DNA from: an uncultured Myxococcales bacterium
GTDB taxonomy: Bacteria > Myxococcota_A > Polyangia > Palsa-1104 > JAEUJZ01
DNA: 64,000 nucleotides
Assembly: GCA_964460115.1 (NCBI GenBank)
Contig: CAYWPR010000010.1
Coordinates: forward strand, 55,275-119,274
Reading direction: 5' to 3'
Shown piece after piece: positions 1 through 9,921 of the stretch (the stretch's first letter is position 1; every line of letters begins with the position of its first letter). The notes beneath the pieces are model-generated. The model was not told where the DNA came from. It made no database searches and worked only from the letters and a program-made list of their open reading frames with translations. The translations under genes and the position numbers were made by a program.

Positions 1-812
1 CCCGAGTGGACAGCACCCTGCCGGCGGCGCTGCTCGCGCCGCTGTCCGATCCTGCGCTGCCTACGCTGCACGTGTTCGCCAGTCTTCCGACGATGCCGAA
101 TTTGGCTGAAATTGCCGAGACGATTCATCCGTTAGGCGCTTCGGCATCTGAGCGCTTGCATGCACAAGCGACCCAGCCGGCGCTGCAGCGTTTACCCATC
201 AATGAAAAAGCCACGCAGGCCAAACTGGATGCGCTGAGCCCGACCGTCATGGCTCCCTCTACCCCGACCGCGGTGTTGCCGATGCAAAGCGCCGCCTCTC
301 ATACATCGACCCTGTCTGCCCATCCTTCATTGATTGAAATATCGACGCTGGAACCTCTGCCGCTGGGCAATTCGGAACAGAAAGTTTCGGCCGAGCCGCT
401 TACGCCGCCGCCGCTACCGATTTCGTCGCCGCTGCTGCCCGTGCCGCCACCAATGCCCGCAGCGGCCGCCGCGCCGCCAGCCGCCGAAACGACGGAGGAC
501 GAAAAGCAGCGGGCGCCGCGAGTTTCGCAACTGATTGCAGCGTTGCAAGCGCAGCAGATGCCGCCGCCCGCTGCGTCGCCACCTGACGAACCTCGACGGC
601 GAATGTCGCCGGGGTTGATTGCGCCCGCACCCGACATTTTTGCGCCGGTCCAGATTATGCGGCTCTCAAGCTCGAATGAAACTCAGGTTGCACCCGCCGA
701 ACAGCGAGGCGCCCTGGCCTGGGTGTTACGCCATCAAGAAGCCGTCGCCGCACTGGCGGGCGCGCTTTTGGTCATCCTTGGAGTGCTCGTTTATCTGCTA
801 TTTCACGCCTAA
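1..812 (+). CDS. Pro/Ala-rich protein with a C-terminal TM helix. It is probably 5'-truncated by the window edge (the frame is open to nt 1).
   Basis: The ORF frame is open from the window start. It has PPLP/PPPMPAAAAAPPA low-complexity segments and a hydrophobic C-terminus (ALAGALLVILGVLVYLLF). No family assignment is possible. Confidence 0.4.
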   Translation, partial: RVDSTLPAALLAPLSDPALPTLHVFASLPTMPNLAEIAETIHPLGASASERLHAQATQPALQRLPINEKATQAKLDALSPTVMAPSTPTAVLPMQSAASHTSTLSAHPSLIEISTLEPLPLGNSEQKVSAEPLTPPPLPISSPLLPVPPPMPAAAAAPPAAETTEDEKQRAPRVSQLIAALQAQQMPPPAASPPDEPRRRMSPGLIAPAPDIFAPVQIMRLSSSNETQVAPAEQRGALAWVLRHQEAVAALAGALLVILGVLVYLLFHA

Positions 813-905
813 GCCAGGCGTTCGAAAAAATTTTTCGAACGGCCTGTAATAACCAGGGCCGCCGCAACCTAAGGATGAGAACCGATCCTTTTGTGAGGAG
901 AACCC

Positions 906-1622
906 ATGCCATCGTCTTGCGAGACAAAAATTTTGAATACGCAGCCCGTCTGCTGGCAGCGAGTCGTGCACACGTTTACGCAGCGCGAAGAAAAATTCGT
1001 ATTTCGTCCGCTGGACGAGGACGACATCGCCAAAGTTGCGGAACTGTACCGTCGCTACTATTCGCATCTATACATGACGACTCGGCACGATTTTCATGAC
1101 GAAAATTTTTACCGCGCCGAAGTTGCCCTGCTTTCCAATTGGACCGAGGATGCGGCAAAAAAGCTGTTTTTTATCGGCGTCATTGAGCGAGTCGCCAACA
1201 AAGAAATTGTCATGGCCTTTGGCGCCGTGCGCGATCGCTACGATCGGGTCGTGCAAAGCTTGGCAGTGGTTGTAAAGCCCGAGCATCGCGGGCAGCACAT
1301 TACCCGCCATTATTCGCGTTATATGGATGAGCTTTTTGAAAGCTCGGGCGCCGACTGCGTCTGGGGCACCATCGATGCCAAGGACGTCGCCGCGCAGCGA
1401 ATTTCCCTGCATACCGGCTGCCAAGTCGGAGGGTTTATGCCCGGCGTATTTCGCTGGTCCTTTGATCGGCAAACTTACTATCGAGATATGCTGATTTACT
1501 TTTATAAGTACTATAACGGCGCAGAAAAATACTCGACGAAGCCGGCGGATTGGGTGGTGGATCGCACCTGCTACGAAAAGATTCAAGAACTGCTACAGCA
1601 GGTCACTCCGCAGGACAGCTAA
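906..1622 (+). CDS. Hypothetical protein, possibly GNAT-fold acyltransferase.
   Basis: A 238-aa ORF with normal coding composition. It carries a VVVKPEHRGQHITRH segment resembling GNAT motif A. The assignment is weak. Confidence 0.45.
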   Translation: MPSSCETKILNTQPVCWQRVVHTFTQREEKFVFRPLDEDDIAKVAELYRRYYSHLYMTTRHDFHDENFYRAEVALLSNWTEDAAKKLFFIGVIERVANKEIVMAFGAVRDRYDRVVQSLAVVVKPEHRGQHITRHYSRYMDELFESSGADCVWGTIDAKDVAAQRISLHTGCQVGGFMPGVFRWSFDRQTYYRDMLIYFYKYYNGAEKYSTKPADWVVDRTCYEKIQELLQQVTPQDS

Positions 1623-2299
1623 GATTCGGCGATTTCGGTTTCCGTCTCGCGGCAGGGCACGCCTGGGACGCAGGAATCATACAGACTCAGCGCTGGGCTT
1701 CCGATTTGTCGGCGCCGCAGCCAGTTCTCTTTGGGAAATTCCAGCCCGACGGCGCATAAAACGATAGGGCGGCGCCGCGCAACGGCATGCAGCCTACCCA
1801 AAACTTGGGTCATCATCTTGCCGTTAAAAGGAGCGTATAAAAAAAATACCGAACCATCGAGCGCGACATCAGCGGCGTCGGCATGAAAAAAAGTGACTTC
1901 GTGCAGGGCCAGTTCCTCAGCATATGCTTTGGCGCACTTTACAAGCGGCGCCTGAATTTCGATGCCGCAAGCACGCGCGCCGGAAAGCAAGTGGGCCAGG
2001 ATGACCACCCGCCCAAGGCCTGCGCCAAGGTCCACAAGCTCGTCATCTTGTCGCAGCGGTACGTGCTTGACCATCGCCAAAATCTCGTCCACCTCGCAGG
2101 GCCAATAGGGCACCGCACCGGGCGGTAGATTCGCAATGTCCGGTGGCGGCTCTGAAAAACCAAGCAGCTCGTCGGTAAAAGCGTCGCGTGCAAAAGGCGA
2201 GACGGCCAGAAGCTGTGTCCAAAGTGCCGCGCCGCGCAGTGCACCCGACTGTAGCGCCGCACGGGCCACGCGAGCTTTTCGAACGAGATCTTGGTTCAT
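1619..2299 (-). CDS. Class I SAM-dependent methyltransferase.
   Basis: Glycine-rich SAM-binding motif VDLGAGLGRVVILAHLL followed by an acidic residue, with typical Rossmann MTase spacing. First gene of a four-gene minus-strand cluster. Confidence 0.7.
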   Translation of the reverse strand: MNQDLVRKARVARAALQSGALRGAALWTQLLAVSPFARDAFTDELLGFSEPPPDIANLPPGAVPYWPCEVDEILAMVKHVPLRQDDELVDLGAGLGRVVILAHLLSGARACGIEIQAPLVKCAKAYAEELALHEVTFFHADAADVALDGSVFFLYAPFNGKMMTQVLGRLHAVARRRPIVLCAVGLEFPKENWLRRRQIGSPALSLYDSCVPGVPCRETETEIAES

Positions 2300-2342
2300 G
2301 GCGTAGCGTTTTCGAAAAACCGCGCGGCTTTCTCACCCCGCT

Positions 2343-3158
2343 TCAGGTTCCGCTAAACTCCGGAGGGCGCTTCATAAAGAAGGCGCTCATGCCTTCCATA
2401 CAATCTTTGCTGCGCAAAAGTTTCATTTGCTCGACCACTTCGCCTTCCAGCGCTTGCTCCAGACTGCCATCGAGCGCCGCGTAGACCGACCGCTTGATGG
2501 CACGCAAAGCCAGCGGCGCGCCTTGGGCCAGACGCTGCACAATTTCAAAGGCCGTATCAAAGTCGCTACAAATGCGGTTTAAAAGGCCGAGCCGCGCGGC
2601 TTCCTCGGCTTCGATGGCATCGCCAAGCAGCATCATCTCTAGCGCCTTGCTGACGCCGATGAGCCGCGGCAAGGTATAGGTGCTGCCGCCATCGGGCATT
2701 AAGCCGCGCTTCACAAATAGCTCGGCAAAGCTCGCTCGCGTCGTGCCAAGGCGCAGGTCACAGGCCAAAGCCAGGTCGCAGCCGAATCCCACCGCCGGAC
2801 CGTTCAAAAAAGCCACCACCGGCTTTTCGACACGCCGCACCGCGCGTATTAGCGCATGAAAATGCTGCCGCATGTGCTGTTCCCCAACAGAGCCTACCGC
2901 CGCATCATCCGCCCCCTGCAGCGATTGAAATAGGACCATTCCGACTTTCAGATCCAGGCCAGAGCAAAACGCTTCGCCGCGGCCGCTTAGCAGCACCGCG
3001 CGCACCGCTTGGTCACGACCGGCCGCGTCAAGCGCATCTACAAGCGCCGTGCAAAGCTCAAGGGTTAAGCCATTTTTCGACTGCGGACGATTTAGCGTCA
3101 AGCAGCGGATGGCACCTTTATTGGTCACTTCCAGATCGGAAAAGGCTATATCGGTCAT
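2343..3158 (-). CDS. Enoyl-CoA hydratase/isomerase (crotonase superfamily).
   Basis: Crotonase fold motifs AFCSGLDLK and FLNGPAVGFGCDLALACDLRL (oxyanion hole/CoA binding). Its stop overlaps the start of the upstream AI-2E gene (3155-3158). Confidence 0.85.
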   Translation of the reverse strand: MTDIAFSDLEVTNKGAIRCLTLNRPQSKNGLTLELCTALVDALDAAGRDQAVRAVLLSGRGEAFCSGLDLKVGMVLFQSLQGADDAAVGSVGEQHMRQHFHALIRAVRRVEKPVVAFLNGPAVGFGCDLALACDLRLGTTRASFAELFVKRGLMPDGGSTYTLPRLIGVSKALEMMLLGDAIEAEEAARLGLLNRICSDFDTAFEIVQRLAQGAPLALRAIKRSVYAALDGSLEQALEGEVVEQMKLLRSKDCMEGMSAFFMKRPPEFSGT

Positions 3159-4318
3159 GGCACCTCTTTGGCCTCTTTAGAGGAGGCAACTGGGTCTACG
3201 GAAAATTGTTCGGAAGAGGTCGCAACGGTGCGGCCCTGATAAAACGGAGTCTCGGTATACATATCGATAAGACGCGGCAGCACAACCTTTAGCACCGCCG
3301 CCACGGGCACCGCCAAAAGCAGCCCGGCGTAGCCGAGTAGACTGCCGCCTAGACTTAGCGCAAAGATCACGCCGACGGCCGAAAGGCCAATGCGCCCGCC
3401 AACGGCGCGCGGAGTGATGACCACTGCGTCTAGTAGTTGCACCGCGCCAAACGTCAAAAGCACGCCTAAAATCGGTGTGGCGCCGCGACTGGAAGCGCTA
3501 AGCAGCGCCATGGCCAGTGCCAAAAGCAGTCCTATCGAGACGCCCACGTAGGGCACAAAAGCCAGAAATCCGGCGGTGCAGCCAATGACGATGGCCAGCG
3601 GAATGCCGGTTAACGACAAACCTATAGAGTACAGCGCCGCCTGAATTAGCATGACGGTAATCTGACCGCGCAGCCAGCCGCCAAGCGCCACTTGAATGTC
3701 ATGCATGACGGCGCTGGCGGTCAGTTGATGCCGCGGTGGAACCAGGCGGCGCAGGCCATCTGTCATGTCGGGCATATCCATCAAAAAGGACACCGCGAAG
3801 ATCGGCACCAGCAGCACGGCAAGGACAATGCGAAAAAATCCCGCAACGCTAAGCAAAGCCGAGCCGACAGCCCCGGAAATCTCACCCGCGGCGCCACGCG
3901 CCCAATCGCCCAGGCGGTCGGAAAACAGCCGCATGTAGTCGTTTACGCTGGCGGCGCGGGTCTTTAGAACTTTTCCCAGCATCGGCAGCACTCGAGTGTC
4001 GAGGAGCTTTTTGTAGGCGGGAATTTGCTGCGCGAAATGATCAAATTCCTGACTGACCAAATGCGGCAAAGTCAGAACAATCGCCGTCAAAAGTCCGACA
4101 AAAGTCAGAACCATGCCGACCACCGCCAGCCAGCGCGGAACGCCGCGCGCTTCCAGCGCCTGGACTGCCGGATCCAGCAAAAACGCCACGACCAGGGCCA
4201 CGCCCACCGGCGCCAGCACCATCGACAAGCGCGACATCACGGTCCACGCCAGCGAACAAAGAACGATGTACAGAAGCAATCGAAACAAAAATAGGGTTAG
4301 GCGGCGATCGTCTATCAT
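3155..4318 (-). CDS. AI-2E family transporter (PerM/TqsA-like permease).
   Basis: 387 aa with about 8 predicted TM helices and a long hydrophobic architecture typical of the AI-2E/UPF0118 family. It has a 4-nt overlap with the downstream crotonase gene. Confidence 0.75.
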   Translation of the reverse strand: MIDDRRLTLFLFRLLLYIVLCSLAWTVMSRLSMVLAPVGVALVVAFLLDPAVQALEARGVPRWLAVVGMVLTFVGLLTAIVLTLPHLVSQEFDHFAQQIPAYKKLLDTRVLPMLGKVLKTRAASVNDYMRLFSDRLGDWARGAAGEISGAVGSALLSVAGFFRIVLAVLLVPIFAVSFLMDMPDMTDGLRRLVPPRHQLTASAVMHDIQVALGGWLRGQITVMLIQAALYSIGLSLTGIPLAIVIGCTAGFLAFVPYVGVSIGLLLALAMALLSASSRGATPILGVLLTFGAVQLLDAVVITPRAVGGRIGLSAVGVIFALSLGGSLLGYAGLLLAVPVAAVLKVVLPRLIDMYTETPFYQGRTVATSSEQFSVDPVASSKEAKEVP

Positions 4319-4327
4319 GCTCCCGTA

Positions 4328-5842
4328 TTATCTCCGCTTGCCCGTCGAGCGCCATCGGAATTTGGCCAGACGGGCCAGCCAGGTGACGGCTTCTTGCGGG
4401 GTTAGATGTCGAAAAATCTGACGATATACTGCGGGATGGCGCGCTGCGGTGGCCAGCATGAAGCGCACAAAGCTCGGCGCATCGACTTCGTCCTGCAAAA
4501 AAGCGGCGTAGGTCGAATCGCCCTGCTCCAAAAGTGTGGCAAAGGCCGCGTTTAAAAGCTGGTTGATGGCATTTTGATGCGCCAACGCGTCCTCGACCGA
4601 AGGCATCATCATCAAAGTCAGCCCGCCCATCACTTGAAGCGCCGGCGGTTCAAGATTTGTCCACAGCGCATGCAGAGTGGAATGTTCCAGCTCGTCCTTG
4701 GCAAGCAGCCGAATCAGCCCCTGGCTGATGGGCCAGAAGGAACGAATCATCGAACCAAATCCGCAAAACGTCAGCGGAGAATGACGCGCCGCCGCATCGC
4801 CAACTAGTAGCACGCGCCGATTCGGAGTCGCTGGCATGGGACCAAGCCGCGTGTAGGCCGGAATATAGCCATAGGTCGGCCGTACAAGCTGCAGGGTTCC
4901 GCTTTTATAGCGCGGCAGGGTGCTAAAAAATCGCTCATACAGGCCGAGAAGCGGATGCTCTCCGGCGGCAATCGCGTCACGAAGCTGCTCTGCGCGCTGG
5001 TAATAAAAAAGATAGATGGTCATGGCGCCTGGCTTTGGCGCTGGAAAGCCTTCCCAAATGTGCTGCTGCTCTTCTTCTATGCCCTCGGTGGTGATTAAAA
5101 TCTCACCGACTTCGGGATCCAGTTCTTGGGGCGCGGTGCCTAGGGTCAGCCCCTCCATTACGCCACCCACCGTTGGACAGCACAAATCAAAGCGGGCGTG
5201 CGGGCTGTGGGCGCCAAGCGCGTCGATAAATAGCCGCGCAAACATTCCGCGTCTCTGCGCTGGCGCCGCCACCGAAGCAGTCTCGACATACACGCCGTCG
5301 TGCGCGACACGATATCCCGTCAGCGCATGCATCTCCAAAAGCGTCGCCCCGGCATCTAGGGCAATTCGGCGCAGACTTTGCAAAAAGGCAGCGGCATCGA
5401 TCACGCAATCCAAAACATTGCGCACTGGATAGGCCGGCCCCTCGGCAAATCGGCAAATGCCGATGCGGTACTGCATTGCGATGAGTGCGTCGACCTCTTC
5501 CTGCGTAAAAAGGCCAGAGACGACAAGCGGCAAAAGCTCGCGCTTTGAGATGTTCCATTCGCGATGGCCAAAGCCGATTCGTCCTCGATCAAAGACGCAG
5601 ACGCGAAGCCCGGCGCGGGCCAGAGTTGCGGCATAAATAAGCGACAGGCCGCCTCCAGCCAATACGACATCAAATTGCGGCACAGACCGAGAAAGCTTGC
5701 TCAGATCGCCTAGCTCACCTCCCGAGCTCGTCAGTGCATGCGCGCGGCTTTTAGAAAAACCCTGCTCCAGGGCCAAAAGATGATCTAGAGCATCGAGCCC
5801 CGAAAACGCCGGGTTTGGCGGCCCATCTGCGCCTTGTTTCAT
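4328..5842 (-). CDS. FAD-dependent oxidoreductase, lycopene-cyclase-like.
   Basis: N-terminal Rossmann dinucleotide motif DVVLAGGGLSLIYAATLARAGLRVCVFD. The protein is about 500 aa, the size of the lycopene cyclase/flavoprotein family. The ORF track starts at 6013, but the first 57 codons are His/Arg/Ser-rich junk-like, so the ATG at 5842 is preferred. Confidence 0.7.
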   Translation of the reverse strand: MKQGADGPPNPAFSGLDALDHLLALEQGFSKSRAHALTSSGGELGDLSKLSRSVPQFDVVLAGGGLSLIYAATLARAGLRVCVFDRGRIGFGHREWNISKRELLPLVVSGLFTQEEVDALIAMQYRIGICRFAEGPAYPVRNVLDCVIDAAAFLQSLRRIALDAGATLLEMHALTGYRVAHDGVYVETASVAAPAQRRGMFARLFIDALGAHSPHARFDLCCPTVGGVMEGLTLGTAPQELDPEVGEILITTEGIEEEQQHIWEGFPAPKPGAMTIYLFYYQRAEQLRDAIAAGEHPLLGLYERFFSTLPRYKSGTLQLVRPTYGYIPAYTRLGPMPATPNRRVLLVGDAAARHSPLTFCGFGSMIRSFWPISQGLIRLLAKDELEHSTLHALWTNLEPPALQVMGGLTLMMMPSVEDALAHQNAINQLLNAAFATLLEQGDSTYAAFLQDEVDAPSFVRFMLATAARHPAVYRQIFRHLTPQEAVTWLARLAKFRWRSTGKRR

Positions 5843-6048
5843 CCCAGTCCTTGCCGGAATGCTTGCAAATGCAGCAACGGTGCGCGGAAAACGTGACTTC
5901 AAAGCATCGCGTAGCACAGACCCTCTTTTCTTACTGCACGGGCGCAAAAGGTTATGCGAAGATAGGCGCGAATGCGAATCCCTGTGCCCATGCATGGGGC
6001 TGCCCATTTTCAAGAACTACTTCAGCCACTTCCAGGTGACAACGCATC

Positions 6049-7683
6049 ATGACTAGCACTGCCCCCGCTGAGAAAAATCCCGCTGAAGGATATTTGATCG
6101 AATCAAGCAAGCGGCTGTCCGATTCGATGCTGTGGAATCTGCAGCGCCAGTATTACGATCAGCGTGGTCTTAGCGCCTGGGCGTCGGGAGCGGTCCCTTC
6201 TTATGTGACCAGCAATCCGTACATCGCCAATGCCTACGCCCAAGTTGTGATGGCTTTTTTGCGCGATGCAGCAGCCGCGCCGCCAAGTCACAACGGTGCC
6301 TGCTTGTTAAAGCGCGACAAACCTATTTACATCGTCGAGCTGGCGGCTGGACATGGACGCTTTTCTTTCCTGTTTCTAAAAAAACTCCTATCGCTTTTGG
6401 CCCAATCGTCATTGCGTGACCTCAACATCCGCTACGTAATGACCGACTTTACCGAAAGCAATCTGCGCAGTTGGCAGGCCCAGCCGCTGTTTAAGCCCTT
6501 CATTGAATCCGGAGTCCTTGACTTCGGACTTTTCGACATCGAAAAAGATACCACGATCAAGCTGTGGTACGGCGGACAGCCTTTGACGGCAACCGCCGTT
6601 GAGAATCCACTTATCATCATTGGCAACTATATTTTCGATACCTTGACGCAGGATCTATTCCGCTTTGACAACGGACAGGTTTACGAGATGCGGGTGACCA
6701 CCTACCACTCGCATCAGCAGGCTCCGGATCTGTCAAATCCTGAGGTCATGTCGCAGTTCTCAATGACCTACGAACCGCATCTCATTAATCCTGCGACCTA
6801 TTATTCGGAGCCATTTCTAAACCAATTGCTTTTGGAGTATCGCGATCGTCTAAGCGATACGACCATTGCCTTGCCGACCGGCGCGCTGCGGGGCATTTTT
6901 CGGCTGCTTGAGCTTTCGGGAAAACGCTGCTTGCTGCTTTCTTCCGACAAAGGCTACACGCACGAAGATGAGCTGTTTTTCCTGACCAATCAGCACATCC
7001 AATTTCACGGCAGCTTGTCGATGATGGTGAACTTTCACTGCATGGGTTTGGCCCTTGGCCATCCGTCCATAGGCGGTCTCAGCATGGCCACCGCGCAGCG
7101 GCACATAAACCTAAAGACTGCGGGTTTTTTGGTTGGGGCCAAAGAGGAGATGTTTCGCGATACGCTGCTTTGTTTTCGCGAACAGATGGACGTCTTTGGA
7201 CCCTATGACTTCTACACGCTGACGACGCAGGCTCGGCAAAGCACGCAAAATCCCCAAATCGAACAAATTTTGTGCCTGCTGCGCCTAAGTCAGTACGATC
7301 CGAACTTGGTTCTGGAATTCTCCAAGGAATTGCTCGAGCAAGCACCGGCGCTGAGCGAGACAATTAAGCAAGAGCTATATCTGGCCCTACTCCGCTGCTG
7401 GGAGAATTTTTATCCCTTGGGGCGCGATCTGCCCTTCGAAGTGGCGCGTATCCTTTTGGCCATGCGCCGTCCCAAAGAAGCCGTCCTATTCAACCAGCAC
7501 TCGATTGAACTTTTCGGCGAACATCCCGTGACGCTGGGAAACATGGGAATCTGTTATTATCACGCCGAAGAGCCCGAAGAAGCACTGCGCTGCTTTGATC
7601 TGTCGCTGCACTTGAATCCGAATTATGGACTGCCCAAAGCCTGGAAAGCGCGCCTAAGCGGCGAAAAAGACCGTCAAGCTTAG
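6049..7683 (+). CDS. Hypothetical protein with a possible MidA/NDUFAF7-like methyltransferase fold and a C-terminal TPR.
   Basis: The IVELAAGHGRFSFLFLKKLL segment resembles the SAM-binding loop of Methyltransf_28 proteins. The C-terminal about 100 aa show TPR-like periodicity (ALRCFDLSLHLNPNY). It is divergent from the flavoprotein gene. Confidence 0.45.
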   Translation: MTSTAPAEKNPAEGYLIESSKRLSDSMLWNLQRQYYDQRGLSAWASGAVPSYVTSNPYIANAYAQVVMAFLRDAAAAPPSHNGACLLKRDKPIYIVELAAGHGRFSFLFLKKLLSLLAQSSLRDLNIRYVMTDFTESNLRSWQAQPLFKPFIESGVLDFGLFDIEKDTTIKLWYGGQPLTATAVENPLIIIGNYIFDTLTQDLFRFDNGQVYEMRVTTYHSHQQAPDLSNPEVMSQFSMTYEPHLINPATYYSEPFLNQLLLEYRDRLSDTTIALPTGALRGIFRLLELSGKRCLLLSSDKGYTHEDELFFLTNQHIQFHGSLSMMVNFHCMGLALGHPSIGGLSMATAQRHINLKTAGFLVGAKEEMFRDTLLCFREQMDVFGPYDFYTLTTQARQSTQNPQIEQILCLLRLSQYDPNLVLEFSKELLEQAPALSETIKQELYLALLRCWENFYPLGRDLPFEVARILLAMRRPKEAVLFNQHSIELFGEHPVTLGNMGICYYHAEEPEEALRCFDLSLHLNPNYGLPKAWKARLSGEKDRQA

Positions 7684-7698
7684 TTTAAGTTTCGCACT

Positions 7699-8274
7699 TT
7701 ATTGTCCGTCGATTTTTTCGAGTTTTTCGTCGATTTTTCGTGCGGACAGCGCCAATAACTTGGCGGCCCCGGCCGACACAGAATCGCCAAATTCCCGCGA
7801 GCTTTGTTGTAACTGCTTGGCCAGCATCCGCTTCTGCGCGCGACGACGCAGATCATCGGGGTTGGGAAAAAGGACGCCGCGCAGGTGCAAAAGCAGCCAG
7901 GTCGTCCACAGCACCATGGGCAGCGCCAACCACAGCGGAGTTCCGGTCCACACCCCCGTAAGAAAAAGGAGTCCATTTAGCGATGCAAAAGCGATAAAGT
8001 GCCCAGTCAGACGCCGATAGCCCAGTTGATGAATCTCGTGCTCGGCGGTCAAAAGCCGCTGGTCGACTTCGTACTGGGCTAGCGCGGTCGTCGCCTGCGC
8101 TTCGGAATAGCCAAGTTCCCGCGCGGTTTCGATAAGCTCACCGCGCGTAAAGCCATTTCCCTGGGTCTCACTCGCCCCGGCATCCGGAGTTGCCAGTCGC
8201 TGCACGCGGCGCAGCACTTCATGCGCTTGCTGCTGGCTGTAGTGTCTTTTCGAAGTTCGATCTTGCGACGCCAT
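7699..8274 (-). CDS. 2TM-domain membrane protein (hypothetical).
   Basis: A soluble N-domain is followed by two adjacent hydrophobic helices (FIAFASLNGLLFLTGVWTG / LWLALPMVLWTTWLLLHL) and a basic tail. The start is set at the internal ATG 8274; the longer ORF to 8376 would overlap the amidase gene. Confidence 0.55.
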   Translation of the reverse strand: MASQDRTSKRHYSQQQAHEVLRRVQRLATPDAGASETQGNGFTRGELIETARELGYSEAQATTALAQYEVDQRLLTAEHEIHQLGYRRLTGHFIAFASLNGLLFLTGVWTGTPLWLALPMVLWTTWLLLHLRGVLFPNPDDLRRRAQKRMLAKQLQQSSREFGDSVSAGAAKLLALSARKIDEKLEKIDGQ

Positions 8275-8402
8275 ATATATTTCAGTCTGCCCCACGCGAT
8301 TTGACGCGGCAAGCCGCGAACAAGCTGCGCACAAACGCGTACAAGATCGCGCCCTTGATGCTTGGCGTTGCGCCACAAGCGTGCGAGTATCGTTGCCTCT
8401 TC

Positions 8403-9884
8403 ATGCGGCTACGCCAATACGATGATCTAGATGCCCTCGCGCTGGCTGAACTCATTGCCAAAAAGGAGCTATCGCCGCAAGAGGTGCTGGAAGCAGCCAT
8501 CGAGCGCATTACGGAACGCAATCCGCGCCTCAACGCGGTCGTGCATACTTTGTTTGAACGCGCGCGAGCGCGGGTCGCTGACCTGCCCGATGGCCCTTTG
8601 CGTGGTGTGCCTTTTCTGCTCAAAGATTTGAAACTGCAGCTTGCCGGCACGCCGACGACAGGCAGCACGCGCCTGGCCATGTCCAAGATTGCGACCCAAA
8701 GCAGCGTGCTCACCGAGCGATACGAAGCCGCCGGACTGCAGATTCTGGGCAAGACCAATACTCCAGAGCTTGGCATCATGGGGGTTACTGAGCCGGCCGT
8801 TCGTGGTCCTTGCAAAAATCCCTGGAACTTGGCCCATACCTCGGGCGGCAGTTCCGGAGGCGCAGCCGCAGCAGTAGCAGCGCGCATGGTCCCCATTGCC
8901 CATGGCGGCGACGGCGGAGGCTCTATTCGCATTCCGGCCTCGGCCTGCGGTTTGTTTGGATTAAAACCCACCCGCGGTCGCGTGACGATGGCGCCTTTTG
9001 CCGGGGAAGGATGGGGCGGATTTGTGCAAGAGCACGTGCTAAGCCGCTCGGTGCGCGACAGCGCAGCGCTGCTTGACATTGCCGATCCGCCCACCCCGGG
9101 CGAGCCTTATGGAGTTCCGGCCAAAGCCCGACCGTGGCTGGAAGAAGTCGGACGAGATCCTGGAAAGCTGCGCATCGCCTTCAGCAAACAGCCTTTTTAT
9201 AGCGGTCAAACCCATCCAGACTGTGCAGCCGCTGTAGATGATTCCATCAAGCTGCTTAGCAGCCTTGGCCACGAAGTGGTTGAAGCTCGTCCCGCATTTT
9301 CGCGACAAGACATGGTCGCTGCCTACTTTTTGACGGTGGCCGTCCACGTTGCGCGGACTGTGGAGCAAATCAGCCAAGAAGCCGGCAAAAAGACGCCCGA
9401 TGCGGCCGACTTTGAAGCGGTGACTTATCTTTTGGCATGCATCGGCTGGAAAACCAGCGCCCCCAAACTGCTGGCCGCGCAGCAGCTTATGCAAAAAACC
9501 GCACGCGACGTCGCAGGCTTTTTTCAGCAGTACGATATGCTGCTGACGCCGACTCTGGCCCAGCCGCCTGTGCGCATTGGGCAACTTGAAATGACGCGCA
9601 GCGAGCTTTTGCAATTGGCGATACTGCGCACCCTGCCCCTTGGCAAGCTGCTCGATCTGGCATTGCACAACATGGGCGGCGCCAAGCTGGCCTATACGCC
9701 CAACACCCAGCTATACAATCAGATTGGTCAGCCGGCGATGAGCGTGCCGCTTTTCACAAACGCGCAAGGACTGCCCATCGGAGTGCAGTTTGGCGCCGGC
9801 TTTGGAGAGGAAGCGAAGCTATTTCGTTTGGCGGCGCAGCTTGAAGCCGCCCGACCTTGGGCAACGCGCAAGCCCCCCCTCTAA
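8403..9884 (+). CDS. Amidase (amidase-signature family, GatA-like).
   Basis: Canonical AS signature GGSSGGAAAAVAARMVPIAHGGDGGGSIRIPASACGLFGLKPTRGRV containing the Ser-cisSer-Lys triad context. The start is chosen at ATG 8403 so that the N-terminus (LAELIAKKELSPQEVLEA) matches the family N-terminus. Confidence 0.9.
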   Translation: MRLRQYDDLDALALAELIAKKELSPQEVLEAAIERITERNPRLNAVVHTLFERARARVADLPDGPLRGVPFLLKDLKLQLAGTPTTGSTRLAMSKIATQSSVLTERYEAAGLQILGKTNTPELGIMGVTEPAVRGPCKNPWNLAHTSGGSSGGAAAAVAARMVPIAHGGDGGGSIRIPASACGLFGLKPTRGRVTMAPFAGEGWGGFVQEHVLSRSVRDSAALLDIADPPTPGEPYGVPAKARPWLEEVGRDPGKLRIAFSKQPFYSGQTHPDCAAAVDDSIKLLSSLGHEVVEARPAFSRQDMVAAYFLTVAVHVARTVEQISQEAGKKTPDAADFEAVTYLLACIGWKTSAPKLLAAQQLMQKTARDVAGFFQQYDMLLTPTLAQPPVRIGQLEMTRSELLQLAILRTLPLGKLLDLALHNMGGAKLAYTPNTQLYNQIGQPAMSVPLFTNAQGLPIGVQFGAGFGEEAKLFRLAAQLEAARPWATRKPPL

Positions 9885-9921
9885 TTCACATTCACAGGTT
9901 GGTTACAGCCCCGGAGACATC

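Noticed and set aside
4328-6013. Long form (561 aa) of the flavoprotein ORF.
   Set aside because: The first 57 codons are His/Arg/Ser-rich, precede the Rossmann motif by more than 100 residues, and leave only 36 nt for a divergent promoter. ATG 5842 is preferred, though 6013 is not excluded.
8282-9094. 270-aa minus-strand ORF overlapping the amidase.
   Set aside because: Antisense to the amidase-signature CDS. The amidase has an unmistakable family signature, so the antisense frame is discarded.
9790-9921. Upstream ATG extension of the ERG2-like ORF.
   Set aside because: It would overlap the amidase by 95 nt and has no SD. GTG 9922 has a GGAG SD and begins exactly where family similarity begins.
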